Source of the DNA: Desulfocapsa sulfexigens DSM 10523
Lineage (GTDB): Bacteria > Desulfobacterota > Desulfobulbia > Desulfobulbales > Desulfocapsaceae
Length of the DNA stretch: 32,000 nucleotides
Direction of reading: 5' to 3'
Assembly (NCBI RefSeq): GCF_000341395.1
Contig: NC_020304.1
Span: 3,720,001-3,752,000 of the forward strand
Part shown: one piece after another, positions 20,805-30,100 of the stretch
How the letters are laid out: the number at the start of each line of letters is the position of its first letter
Numbering within the stretch: the stretch's first letter is position 1
Notes under the pieces: generated by a model
The model's database searches: none
What the model was told of the DNA's origin: nothing
What the model saw: the letters and a program-made list of their open reading frames with translations, nothing else
Program-made: the position numbers and the translations under genes

Positions 20805-22058
20805 GTGCGCTCAACAGTGGCCCAAAAGCTGCTCCGAAAAATTCATTATTCCATATTTTTCGGAGCAGTTTTGTTCTTTTTTGTTTCCCTTTTTCTGCCG
20901 TGCCTTTCCCAATCCGGAGAACTGCCGAAACTCCGAAAATATATTTCGAATGGCGGCTATGCCCTCAGCACAAACGGAAAAACTCTTTTTTCAAAAAACC
21001 TGACAACACCCTTCATTCCCGCGTCCACCTTAAAACTTGTCACCAGCCTCGCCGCACTTGAAATATTAGGGCCGGACCATTTCTTTTCTACCTATATCTA
21101 TCGAGATACCCAGGGAACACTTTATGTAAAAGGCAGCGGGGATCCCTTCCTGGTTTCGGAGAAAATCAGAACAATTGCCAGACTTGTTGCGGAGAAAGGG
21201 GTCACGGAAATAAACAATATCATTCTTGACGACACAGCTTTTGCCCTCGAGCACCCGATAACCGATGGTTCTATTAATTCATCCAATCCCTATGATGTCG
21301 GTTGCACCGCTCTCGGGGTGAATTTCAACACGGTCCCCCTGAAAGTACTTCAACATGCCAAAGTAGAATCGCCAGAATCCCAGACACCCTATCTCCGAAT
21401 CATGGGTCAAATAGGAAAAAGTCTCAACAGCGGTTATCACCGGGTGAATGTGGATGCATTCCCACGACAAAGTGAATTGGCCAACAATTTACTTTACTTT
21501 GGGCAACTGTTTCAAATCCTCCTTGAGGAACAGGGGATCGTGGTAAAAGGCACAATCAAACAAGGCGTTGTTCCTCAAGAAACCGAACTGGTTATCCAAT
21601 ACACAGCTGAAGAGACGACAGGCGATCTCGTGAAGTCCTGCCTCCTTTCATCCAATAACTTTATGGCGAATCAACTTTATCTTGCAATCGGCGTGAAACA
21701 ATACGGTTCCCCCGCAACATGGGAAAAAAGCCAGAAAGCGATGGCTGCTTTTGTTCACAACACCCTTGGCCTCAGGAATCAACAAATAACGATGGTTGAA
21801 GGTTCCGGCCTCTCAATGAAAAATCGTATTACTCCTGAAGCTCTACTGGTTGTTCTTGAACAGTTCAAACCCTACGCATCCCTTCTTCCCGTCAAATATG
21901 GCGTGGTCATGAAATCGGGAACTCTCAGAAAATCCGGTGTATTCTGTTATGCTGGATTAATACACCGAGGTAAAGATACACGTTGCTTCGTCATCCTTCT
22001 TAATCAAAAACAAAACAACAGAGACAAAATCCTTAACGTCCTTTACCACCAGTTATAA
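20805..22058 (+). CDS. dacB: D-alanyl-D-alanine carboxypeptidase / PBP4-like (peptidase S13)
   Basis: SxxK (PASTLKLVTSLAALE), SxN (SSNNFMANQLYLAIG), KSG (VMKSGTLRKSG) and a signal peptide. The exact start is uncertain (GTG 20805, GTG 20817 or TTG 20871). Confidence 0.87.
   Translation: MRSTVAQKLLRKIHYSIFFGAVLFFFVSLFLPCLSQSGELPKLRKYISNGGYALSTNGKTLFSKNLTTPFIPASTLKLVTSLAALEILGPDHFFSTYIYRDTQGTLYVKGSGDPFLVSEKIRTIARLVAEKGVTEINNIILDDTAFALEHPITDGSINSSNPYDVGCTALGVNFNTVPLKVLQHAKVESPESQTPYLRIMGQIGKSLNSGYHRVNVDAFPRQSELANNLLYFGQLFQILLEEQGIVVKGTIKQGVVPQETELVIQYTAEETTGDLVKSCLLSSNNFMANQLYLAIGVKQYGSPATWEKSQKAMAAFVHNTLGLRNQQITMVEGSGLSMKNRITPEALLVVLEQFKPYASLLPVKYGVVMKSGTLRKSGVFCYAGLIHRGKDTRCFVILLNQKQNNRDKILNVLYHQL
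20829..20877 (+). terminator. Terminator-like hairpin after trpB, overlapping the 5' end of dacB
   Basis: 14-bp perfect inverted repeat CTGCTCCGAAAAAT...ATTTTTCGGAGCAG followed by TTTTGTTCTTTTTTG. Confidence 0.75.
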
Positions 22059-22281
22059 ATACTCAAAAAACATTCCGGACACACCCCACACGGTAGTACT
22101 GCCAATTTGTTTGACCCGAAAATCCTTCTCTAAAAAACACCCTGACAAAAAGTTTCGTTCTTTTTTTCGCAATCCAAAACAATACGCAAGCAACACAATA
22201 AGTCACTCCAGTTTAACACCCTGAAACAGCATAATTAAAGAAATAAATTGAACTCTTTAACTGTGTTTTCAAACATTTACC

Positions 22282-22312
22282 TTTACATTGTCCCCCCTCT
22301 TTGTCGTATAAT
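22282..22312 (+). promoter_or_regulatory. Candidate sigma70-type promoter for the rhodanese selenoprotein gene
   Basis: TTTACA (22282-22287) and a perfect TATAAT (22307-22312), but a long 19-nt spacer. By-eye call only. Confidence 0.35.
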
Positions 22313-22408
22313 TCATTTGCACCCCATAAATGGCACTGTTTGATAATTTTCACTTACAATAACAGGCCAGTAGTAATTTTTTCGAAAATGGCATGGAATA
22401 TGCTTATG

Positions 22409-22453
22409 ATGTGCAAAGTTTATACTATCGCAAAGAAATTTACCTTTGCACAT
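22409..22453. repeat. 10-bp perfect inverted repeat in the 5' leader of the rhodanese gene
   Basis: ATGTGCAAAG (22409-22418) and CTTTGCACAT (22444-22453), 25-nt spacing, upstream of SD GGAGGA (22475) and ATG 22484. Confidence 0.75.
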
Positions 22454-22483
22454 AAACATTTCTTTTAACTTTTTGGAGGAAGT

Positions 22484-23806
22484 ATGAAGAAAAATCTGAT
22501 CAAATTTATTCCTTTTTTCATCATGGCATCGTTTATGATGACCGGATGTAATCAGGATACGAGTTCCACCACCGCTGCGGCCAAGCCCGCAGTATCTACC
22601 CAGGCAAAAGCGCCGAAAGAACTGAAGTACGCGGGTAGTGTTGTGGGAAAATCCAACAAAGCAAAGAGTATTTCTATTTCCGTTGGAAAAGGCAAAGAAG
22701 CAAAGACAGTAATGGTTAAATTTGATGACAATACCAAGGGCGTTGAACATGCATCCCAAGGTCATGCGTCAATCATTTTCTATGAAATGCGTGATGGTCA
22801 GCCATGGGCAACTGTTATCAAGCCAAAGCTCGCAAAACTCCCTGAAGGAGTCACCGAGATCAAAACAGCAGAGATGAAAGCTCTGATGGACAGTCAGGAA
22901 AAATTTGTCCTTATTGATGCTCGTCCTGCAAAAAGATATGCTGCCGACCATATGCCCGGTGCTGTTAATCTCTCAGTACCTGACTATAAAGAAAAAGCCG
23001 CTTCCGTACTCCCTAAGGATAAAGACATACAGCTTATTTTCTATTGTGGAGGCCCCACATGAGGTATGTCCACCAAAAACGCCGGTCTGGCGAAGAAAGA
23101 AGGCTATAAAAATGTACGTGTTTACCTTGAAGGTGAGCCTGCATGGATAAAAGATGGCAACATGGTCCATGCCAGTAAAGGATTTGTCACAAAAGGAAAC
23201 ATCGTTCTCATCGATCTCCGTTCAGCAAAGAAATCTGCTGAAAAAAGGATCCCTCGGGCAGTCAGCATACCTTATGACACTCTTGACGACCGCCTGGATG
23301 ATATTCCTAAAAAAGCTCCCGTCGTTATTTACAGTGATTCCATGGAAGAATCCATGGATGCGTACTCTGATCTTCACGATGAGGGGTTCAAAAAAGTTTC
23401 AATGGTACCAGGAAACTTTGATGGCTGGGTAAAGAATGGTGGAGCAACCACCAGTGGACCAGTAGTCACCGACATCGTTTGGGTAAGAAAGCTTGGAAAA
23501 GGCGAAGTTGGCAAGGCCGATTTCATGAAAGCAGTTGACGGTAGCGATGCTGGTGCAATTATTCTTGATGTACGAACTCCGGACGAAGCAAGTGCCGGCG
23601 GGTTTAAAAATGCTATTGCTGTTCCTTTGGATCAAATAGCTAAACGTCTTTCCGAGATTCCAAAGGACAAAAAAGTCTATGTCCACTGCACCACTGGTGC
23701 CCGTGCAGACATGGCCGCTCAGGAACTGAACAAAAATGGCTACAAAGCATTCTTCTTCGTTGCAAATATCGACTGTAAAGGCAATGAGTGTAAAGTAGAA
23801 GATTAA
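22484..23806 (+). CDS. Triple-rhodanese lipoprotein with in-frame TGA read as selenocysteine (440 aa, Sec193); the ORF track splits it into 22484..23062 and 23066..23806
   Basis: Both track ORFs are in the same frame, separated only by TGA (23060-23062) and GGT. Domain 1 spans the TGA: FVLIDARPAKRYAADHMPGAVNL...DIQLIFYCGGPT[U]GMSTKNAGLAKKEGYKNVRVYLEGEPAWIKDG. Lipobox MMTGC at the N-terminus. SD GGAGGA. Confidence 0.85.
23063..23103 (+). promoter_or_regulatory. Candidate bacterial SECIS element (bSECIS)
   Basis: Hairpin CGCC(23080-23083)-GGTCT(23084-23088)-GGCG(23089-23092), loop starts 21 nt after the TGA; GG in the first loop positions. The stem is only 4 clear base pairs. Confidence 0.65.
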
Positions 23807-23828
23807 GAAGTACGAAAAAAAATCCTGA

Positions 23829-23865
23829 ACAGTCAGAATATAAGCTCATATTCTGACTGTGTTTT
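23829..23865 (+). terminator. Rho-independent terminator after the rhodanese gene
   Basis: 13-bp perfect inverted repeat ACAGTCAGAATAT-AAGCTC-ATATTCTGACTGT followed by GTTTT. Confidence 0.9.
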
Positions 23866-23902
23866 ACCATTCTGAGTCGATCCTGCCGGTCGACAACTCT
23901 CC

Positions 23903-23947
23903 GCAGGAGATGGAAGCCCTATCTATCCATCTCCTGCCTCTTTTTCC
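23903..23947 (+). terminator. Second tandem terminator-like hairpin
   Basis: 12-bp perfect inverted repeat GCAGGAGATGGA...TCCATCTCCTGC followed by CTCTTTTTCC. Confidence 0.75.
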
Positions 23948-24126
23948 TGCGACTTATTCCTCGTTCTTCCCCCCTTATAAAACATTCTTTCTTGTTTTTG
24001 CTCTCACCCCTCACATCTGTTGCCTCCTTATCCTTTACTTATGGTAACGATGTCGATATTATCAAAGAGATGAACTGACCTAAACCCGTCATTTACCAGC
24101 CACCTTCTACCAAAAAAAAATGTAGT

Positions 24127-25872
24127 ATGACAAACAATACTGAAAAAACAGACGCAAACAAAAAATACCTGGAACCAACCCTTCATTTTACCAGAAAACG
24201 TATCCCAGTCGGAAACGAAGAGAAATCTGTAAAACTCATGGTTTCAGAACTGGTAAAAAAAAACCAGCCCCTTCTCTCATTTCCGCAATTTGCGAAATTT
24301 GAGGCAAGGGGGTATGAAAAAAGCCCTGTACGATCTGGAAAAAACACTCGGTTTTCTGATGACGGAGAAACACTGCTTGCCGATATAATTGGTTACCCAA
24401 GGATTGACACCATGTCCCAGGGAAATGACGAAGAACCAGTTCTACTCGTTTCCGTCACACCTCTTGTGAAAATATCAGGAGATGCCATGGCCGCCACCCT
24501 CCAACTTCACCCTCCCATTTCAACTGATTTTGCCATACGTAAAGAACCACTTCCGGAACTGCTAAACGAGGCTGGCATCCTCTTTGGGATAGACCAGACC
24601 GCCCTCCAGACGGCACAGGATATTATTGCTCAGGGCTACAGTGATTTTCATGACATCCCTATTGCCTTCGGACAACCGTCTCAGCAGGGGGTTGACGCCT
24701 ATCTGCAATTTGCCTTTGAGATTGGGCCCATCGCCGGCCAGATCATGGAAGATGGTACCATAGATTTTCGAGAACGTAGAATTATGATTGCGGTGGTGAA
24801 AGATGAACTCATTGCCACTAAAATACCTGAAATTCCAGGGACACCCGGGACAAATGTCCTGGGCCAGGAGATAGAGCCGGAAGGTGGCGCTGAACTTGAA
24901 ATCAAAATACACCAGGATGTCATATTTATAGAAAAAAGTGGCGAAATCAAAGCAACTAAAGATGGTATTCTGACGGTTGTCAATGGCTGTGAAATCAAAG
25001 TCTGTTCAAAGCAGGAGATACGAACCGACATTGATTACGCCACCGGCAACATAGAATCAAAGAGTTGTGTAATCATATATGGAGCAGTACAGCCAGGGTT
25101 CAAAGTAATAACCGGGGGAGATCTTGAAATAAAGAAAGAAGTCATGTCAGCTACCCTTTTCAGCGAGGCCAATATTGTCATTAAAGGTGGTATTACTGGT
25201 AAGAAAACAGATATTAAAGCTCTTGGTGATGTAGACTTCTTTTTTATAGAACAGGGCCAGATTAATTCTGGCGGCAACGTTATCATGCGCAAGCAGTCTT
25301 ATTACAGTGATATTTCCGCAAGAGGTTCCATTCTCTGCCAGGCTGGTACAACTATCATTGGCGGAAATATAATAGCTGGTAATTCGTTAACCGCTTTCAA
25401 TGTCGGTTCTCCCAATGGTAAACCCTCTTTTCTTGCCGCAGGTGTGGATATTGACAGACTCAATCTCCAAAGAGAGCTTTCACAACTCCTGGCCACACAA
25501 CAAGATGATATTATCCAATGGTTACAGCGCTATGGAGGGAGTAGGAAATCAAAAAAAATCAGGAAAATGGAAGCAGAGGTCAGTGAAACGAAGATGAAAC
25601 TCCTGAAACTGAATCTTATTCCAGGCAGCGGTCTCTACTCAAGAGTCGGTGAACTCAGAGAACCCACTGACCAGACAGAACAAAATGACGACGAAAGTGA
25701 AACGAATGCAATCCGGATTGATAAAATATTCATCGACCTCAAAGGCACTATCTTTTCCGGCACCGAAGTAAGGATTGGGAATTGCAAATTGCTGATCAAA
25801 AAAAATATCACAAAAAGACGACTCAAGTTGGATCAGAGCCTCAAAAGAATCATAGCACTTCCTCTAAAATAA
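24127..25872 (+). CDS. FapA-family / DUF342 domain protein
   Basis: PGTPGTNVLGQEIEPEGGAELEIKIHQDVIFIEKSGEIKATKDGILTVVNGCEIKV, followed by a repeated beta-helix-like region (INSGGNVIMRKQSYYSDISARGSILCQ). Confidence 0.85.
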   Translation: MTNNTEKTDANKKYLEPTLHFTRKRIPVGNEEKSVKLMVSELVKKNQPLLSFPQFAKFEARGYEKSPVRSGKNTRFSDDGETLLADIIGYPRIDTMSQGNDEEPVLLVSVTPLVKISGDAMAATLQLHPPISTDFAIRKEPLPELLNEAGILFGIDQTALQTAQDIIAQGYSDFHDIPIAFGQPSQQGVDAYLQFAFEIGPIAGQIMEDGTIDFRERRIMIAVVKDELIATKIPEIPGTPGTNVLGQEIEPEGGAELEIKIHQDVIFIEKSGEIKATKDGILTVVNGCEIKVCSKQEIRTDIDYATGNIESKSCVIIYGAVQPGFKVITGGDLEIKKEVMSATLFSEANIVIKGGITGKKTDIKALGDVDFFFIEQGQINSGGNVIMRKQSYYSDISARGSILCQAGTTIIGGNIIAGNSLTAFNVGSPNGKPSFLAAGVDIDRLNLQRELSQLLATQQDDIIQWLQRYGGSRKSKKIRKMEAEVSETKMKLLKLNLIPGSGLYSRVGELREPTDQTEQNDDESETNAIRIDKIFIDLKGTIFSGTEVRIGNCKLLIKKNITKRRLKLDQSLKRIIALPLK

Positions 25873-25924
25873 AGGTTTTATCAGCTCCCGGGTGAACCTT
25901 TAGCGGTCCCCAACACCAGAAGCA

Positions 25925-27142
25925 ATGATACTACTCCACACTTCAGACTGGCATCTGGGCCATAAACTTTACGGTCGCCAACGTCACCAGGAACAGTCCG
26001 AATTTCTTGATTGGCTGCTGGAGTGCATCGAAGAGCAGGAAGTAGATGCCCTTATTGTCGCAGGAGATATCTTCGACAGCCAGAGTCCATCCAACCAAAG
26101 TCTCGAAATGTATTATCGCTTCCTCTCCCGCGCTGCAAATTCCTGCTGCCGCCACATTATTATTATTGGAGGCAACCACGATTCCCCAACCCTCTTGGAC
26201 GCACCGCGGGAACTTCTCCATTTCTTGAATATCCACGTGATTGGGAGAGCTCCAGAGAACATCGAAGAGGCCCTTCTCATGCTCAATGATGCCGAGGGTA
26301 GCCCTGAACTCATTGTGCTTGCTGTCCCATATCTGCGCGACAAGGATATCAGACTGTCAGAGGCCGGTGAAAGCATAGAGGACAAACAGGATAAAATGCT
26401 GCACGGGATTAGGGAGTATTACCTGAGACTTTTCGAACTGGCCAAAAACAAGCAGCAAGAGCTGGATAATAAAGTTCCTCTTATTGCTACCGGACATCTC
26501 TTCTGTCAGGGTGGAAAAACCCGGCAGGGTGATGGAGTCAGAGAGTTGTATGTCGGTTCACTGGTTCAGGTGGGCCTTGATACATTCCCTCACGATATCG
26601 ACTATCTGGCTCTGGGTCATCTCCACCTTCCGCAGCGGGTCGCTAAACAGACCAATCGACGATACTCCGGCGCTCCGCTGGCCATGAGTTTCACAGAAGC
26701 CGACGAGGAAAAAGCTGTACTGCTCATCGATACGGACATGCAGTTTGATGTCAGGGAACTCGCAGTCCCCTCTTTTCAAGCCATTGCAAGTATTTCCGGT
26801 ACTCTTGAATCTATTCTTGAAGAAATCCAGACTTTATCCCAACGGGAGGAGGACATTCTTCTTGAAATTAATTACCAGGGACAAAGCCTTATTGATGACT
26901 TACAGGAACAGATTCATGCTGCTGTCACCAATACAAAGCTGCATGTACTCCGTATCAGCAATAAACGCATTTATGACCACATTCGGCAGCAGCACTCCGA
27001 GATCAAAACGCTTGAGGAGCTTACTCCATATCAGGTATTCCAACAGTGCCTCGATCTCAGTGGAATTCCGGATGAACAGCGCCCGGAAATGGAACTTGGG
27101 TTTGCCGCCGCTCTAGATGCCCTCCAGAACGAGGAAAACTGA
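25925..27142 (+). CDS. sbcD: Exonuclease subunit SbcD
   Basis: MILLHTSDWHLGHKLYGRQRHQEQ, VAGDIFDSQSPS, GNHDSPTLLDAP, GHLHLPQRV. Confidence 0.96.
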   Translation: MILLHTSDWHLGHKLYGRQRHQEQSEFLDWLLECIEEQEVDALIVAGDIFDSQSPSNQSLEMYYRFLSRAANSCCRHIIIIGGNHDSPTLLDAPRELLHFLNIHVIGRAPENIEEALLMLNDAEGSPELIVLAVPYLRDKDIRLSEAGESIEDKQDKMLHGIREYYLRLFELAKNKQQELDNKVPLIATGHLFCQGGKTRQGDGVRELYVGSLVQVGLDTFPHDIDYLALGHLHLPQRVAKQTNRRYSGAPLAMSFTEADEEKAVLLIDTDMQFDVRELAVPSFQAIASISGTLESILEEIQTLSQREEDILLEINYQGQSLIDDLQEQIHAAVTNTKLHVLRISNKRIYDHIRQQHSEIKTLEELTPYQVFQQCLDLSGIPDEQRPEMELGFAAALDALQNEEN

Positions 27143-30100
27143 AGTCTTGAAGATCCTGCGTATTCGCTTCCAAAACCTCAACTCTCTCAATGGAATATGG
27201 GAAATTGATTTCAGCGCACCTGCCTACTCGGAAAATAGTCTCTTTGCCATTATCGGCCCCACTGGTGCTGGAAAATCCACTCTACTCGATGCCCTCTGCC
27301 TTGCCCTTTACGGCGCAACTCCCCGTCTCGGGAAAATTACCAAGACCTCCAATCAGATAATGAGCCGCCACACTGGCGTTTGTTTTGCTGAAGTTGAATT
27401 CTCAACTATCAGAGGCAGGTTTCGCTGTCACTGGTCCCAGCATCGATCACGCCAGAAAAGTCATGGTGAACTCCAGCAACCAAAACATGAGATCACAGAT
27501 GCCTCAAATAACGTTCTTCTTGAAAGCAGAATACGTAACGTGGCAAGTAAGATCGAAGAAGTAACGGGAATGGACTTTGACCGTTTCACCCGTTCCACCC
27601 TTCTTGCCCAGGGAGGGTTTGCAGCATTTCTCCAGGCATCCGCTGACCAACGCGCCCCCATACTCGAACAGATCACCGGTACTGAAATTTATTCCCGTCT
27701 GTCAATCAAGGTTCATGAACTGCGCCTGTCTGAACTCAACAGACTCCATGAACTCGAACAAAGCCTTTCTCATATAAATCTTTTGAGCTCTGAAGATGAG
27801 GAGCAGCTTCAAAAACGTATCCGAGAAAAAAACACCGCTGCTGAAAAGATCAAAATGCAGGTTACAAACCTGCGAACACAACTCAGCCGAGCCAGGCACA
27901 TTGCTAAACTTGAAACAGACCACGCAGCATATGTGACAGAACTGGAAGCCCTGTATACCAAAAAAAAAGAGCACGCCGAACTGCTGGACACTCTCGGTCC
28001 AGCACTTGCAGCCAGGGAAATTGAGCCCTTGTATCAGGCTGTGGAGAAGCTTATTACCAGCCAGAAAGAAGCTGCAAAGGAAAATGACCTTCTGGCGGAA
28101 AAACGGAAAAACCTTGAAGAGACAAAGCAAAAAACCATCCTGGCAATAAACGAAGCAGAAAAATCCCTACAACAGGCAGAGGCATCAAGAAAAACAGGCC
28201 TTGAACAGATACGAGCTGTCGAGAAAATTGATCATTTAATTCAGAACATCAGAAATAGCCTTCAGGAACAGACAGACAACCTCAACGTCCAGCGTAAACG
28301 GCATACAAAAGAACTCTCCACTCTGAAGACACTGGAACAAAATCTTCTTCAAGCTGAAAACGAGAAAAATGCTCTGGAAACCTTCTTCACCGGACAGGCA
28401 AAGGATGAAAAACTGCTCGAGGAATTTGCAGCCATTGAACTAAGTGTTCAAAGAGTAAGCGAGCTTTACCTTGATCTGGAAAACATGAGTAAAGCAAAGA
28501 TTGCAGCAAAACTTGCCGTAGGGAACAAAGAACAGATACTGAGAGATCTTCACACAAAAAAAGTTGCTATCCAGTCACATCTTCTTACAGCAAGCGCCAG
28601 GCACGACGAGATCCAAAAGAACATTGCAGATATTCTTCAGGGCAGTGAATTTAACGACCTGCAACAGAAACTCTTCACAACCCAAACCCGTCAAAAAAGT
28701 TTCCAGGAACTGACCCTTTTCCTGGAACAGCTTGACAGCCTTACAAAACAACTCACTCGATCCAATGAACAGCTTCTTACCCTGGCGACTGAGAGCAAGG
28801 AACGGAAAGGTAAACTCTCGGAAGAAAATAGAAAAAGGGCTGGTAAGGCACAGGAAGTCGAGCTTCTTGAAAAGAATCTGCTTCTCCTCGCAAGAATCCA
28901 AACGCTAGAACAAGACAGGCTGCAGCTAAAAGACAATGTCCCCTGTCCTCTCTGCGGCTCAAAAACCCACCCATACCACCATGGTAATGTCCCAAGCCCT
29001 TCTGAGGAAGAAAAGAAACTGCGGTTTGCAGAGCAGGAACTGCAAGTGCTTCTCGAGCAGATTGAAAAGCTCAAGCATCAGGAGATTATTGCTGCTGAGA
29101 GGAAGTCATCTCTTGCAGAGCAGATAAAGAAAACAGAAACTGAGAAAACGCTTGCCACCAAGGCTGCTGAAGGGCTTCTTTCAGATCTGGAGTTACCACC
29201 TTTAGCAGAAATTCATCTGGAACGTCTGCAACAGGAGTCTCTTCAGCTCAATGAAGACCGGAAAAAGCTATTTGCGGATAGAGAACTGCTTGAAAAATTG
29301 AACAAAAAAATTGGTTCAATTTCCACTAGAAAGGAAGAATTCAGGGTAACACTCCAGGCACTTGAAAAAGATATTCTTACCGCAGAACATACTCTCACCT
29401 CTGCTCAAACAGAATTGAGGAAGCTGTTACAGGAGGAAGAAACACTTTCTGCATCCCTCATCACACTGAGTGATACTCTTAGACAAAAACTCCAGGTATA
29501 TGGAGATTTCGTGGTCGAAAGGAAGCATCTCTCTAAAATCCTTATAGAACTTGGTCAAAGAATTACTTTGTGGAAAACCAGAAAAAATGAAGAAAGAAAT
29601 CTCGCCCCAAAACTCCTCAGTCTTCATTCAGAATGTGGTCACCAAAAAACTCTCTGCACGGAAAGAGAAAAACAGATAACCGATCAGGACGCTCTCTGCT
29701 CGGTAACTCGAAAACAACTCAGTGATTTTCAGCAACAACGCCTTACCCTCTTTGGTGAAAAGAATACCACAGAAGAGGAAGAGCGTCTCGAACAGGCTGT
29801 TATCAACAGGAGAAAGATTCACAGCCAGTTACAGGTCAAATCCGGCGATATTCACAGGAAAATCACCGCTGTTATGACATTACAGGATCGACTGCAGCAG
29901 GATGTCATTAGAATGGAAACAGATATAACAACGCAGCAGCAGCTTTTTCTCACAGCTTTGACAAAATCCTCCTTTTCCAACACTGAAGAATTCATTGCAG
30001 CAAGACGATCGCCTCAGGAACTGCTGCAGGTACAGAATCTACAAAGAAAACTGCAGGAAAAAGAAACAGAACTGACAACTCTGATTAAAGAAAAGTTAAG

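Noticed and set aside
23066-23806. Independent second gene starting at ATG 23066
   Set aside because: It would begin inside the active-site loop of a rhodanese domain. The frame is continuous with the upstream ORF, and the GGAGG at 23048-23052 corresponds to conserved CGG codons 13 nt away, so a separate gene is less likely than UGA recoding.
27461-29822. Numerous minus-strand ORFs (27702-28130, 28575-28901, 28691-29074 and others)
   Set aside because: All lie antisense to the continuous sbcC coding region and its coiled coils; low-complexity Ser/Phe/Leu-rich translations typical of shadows of Glu/Lys-rich sequence.
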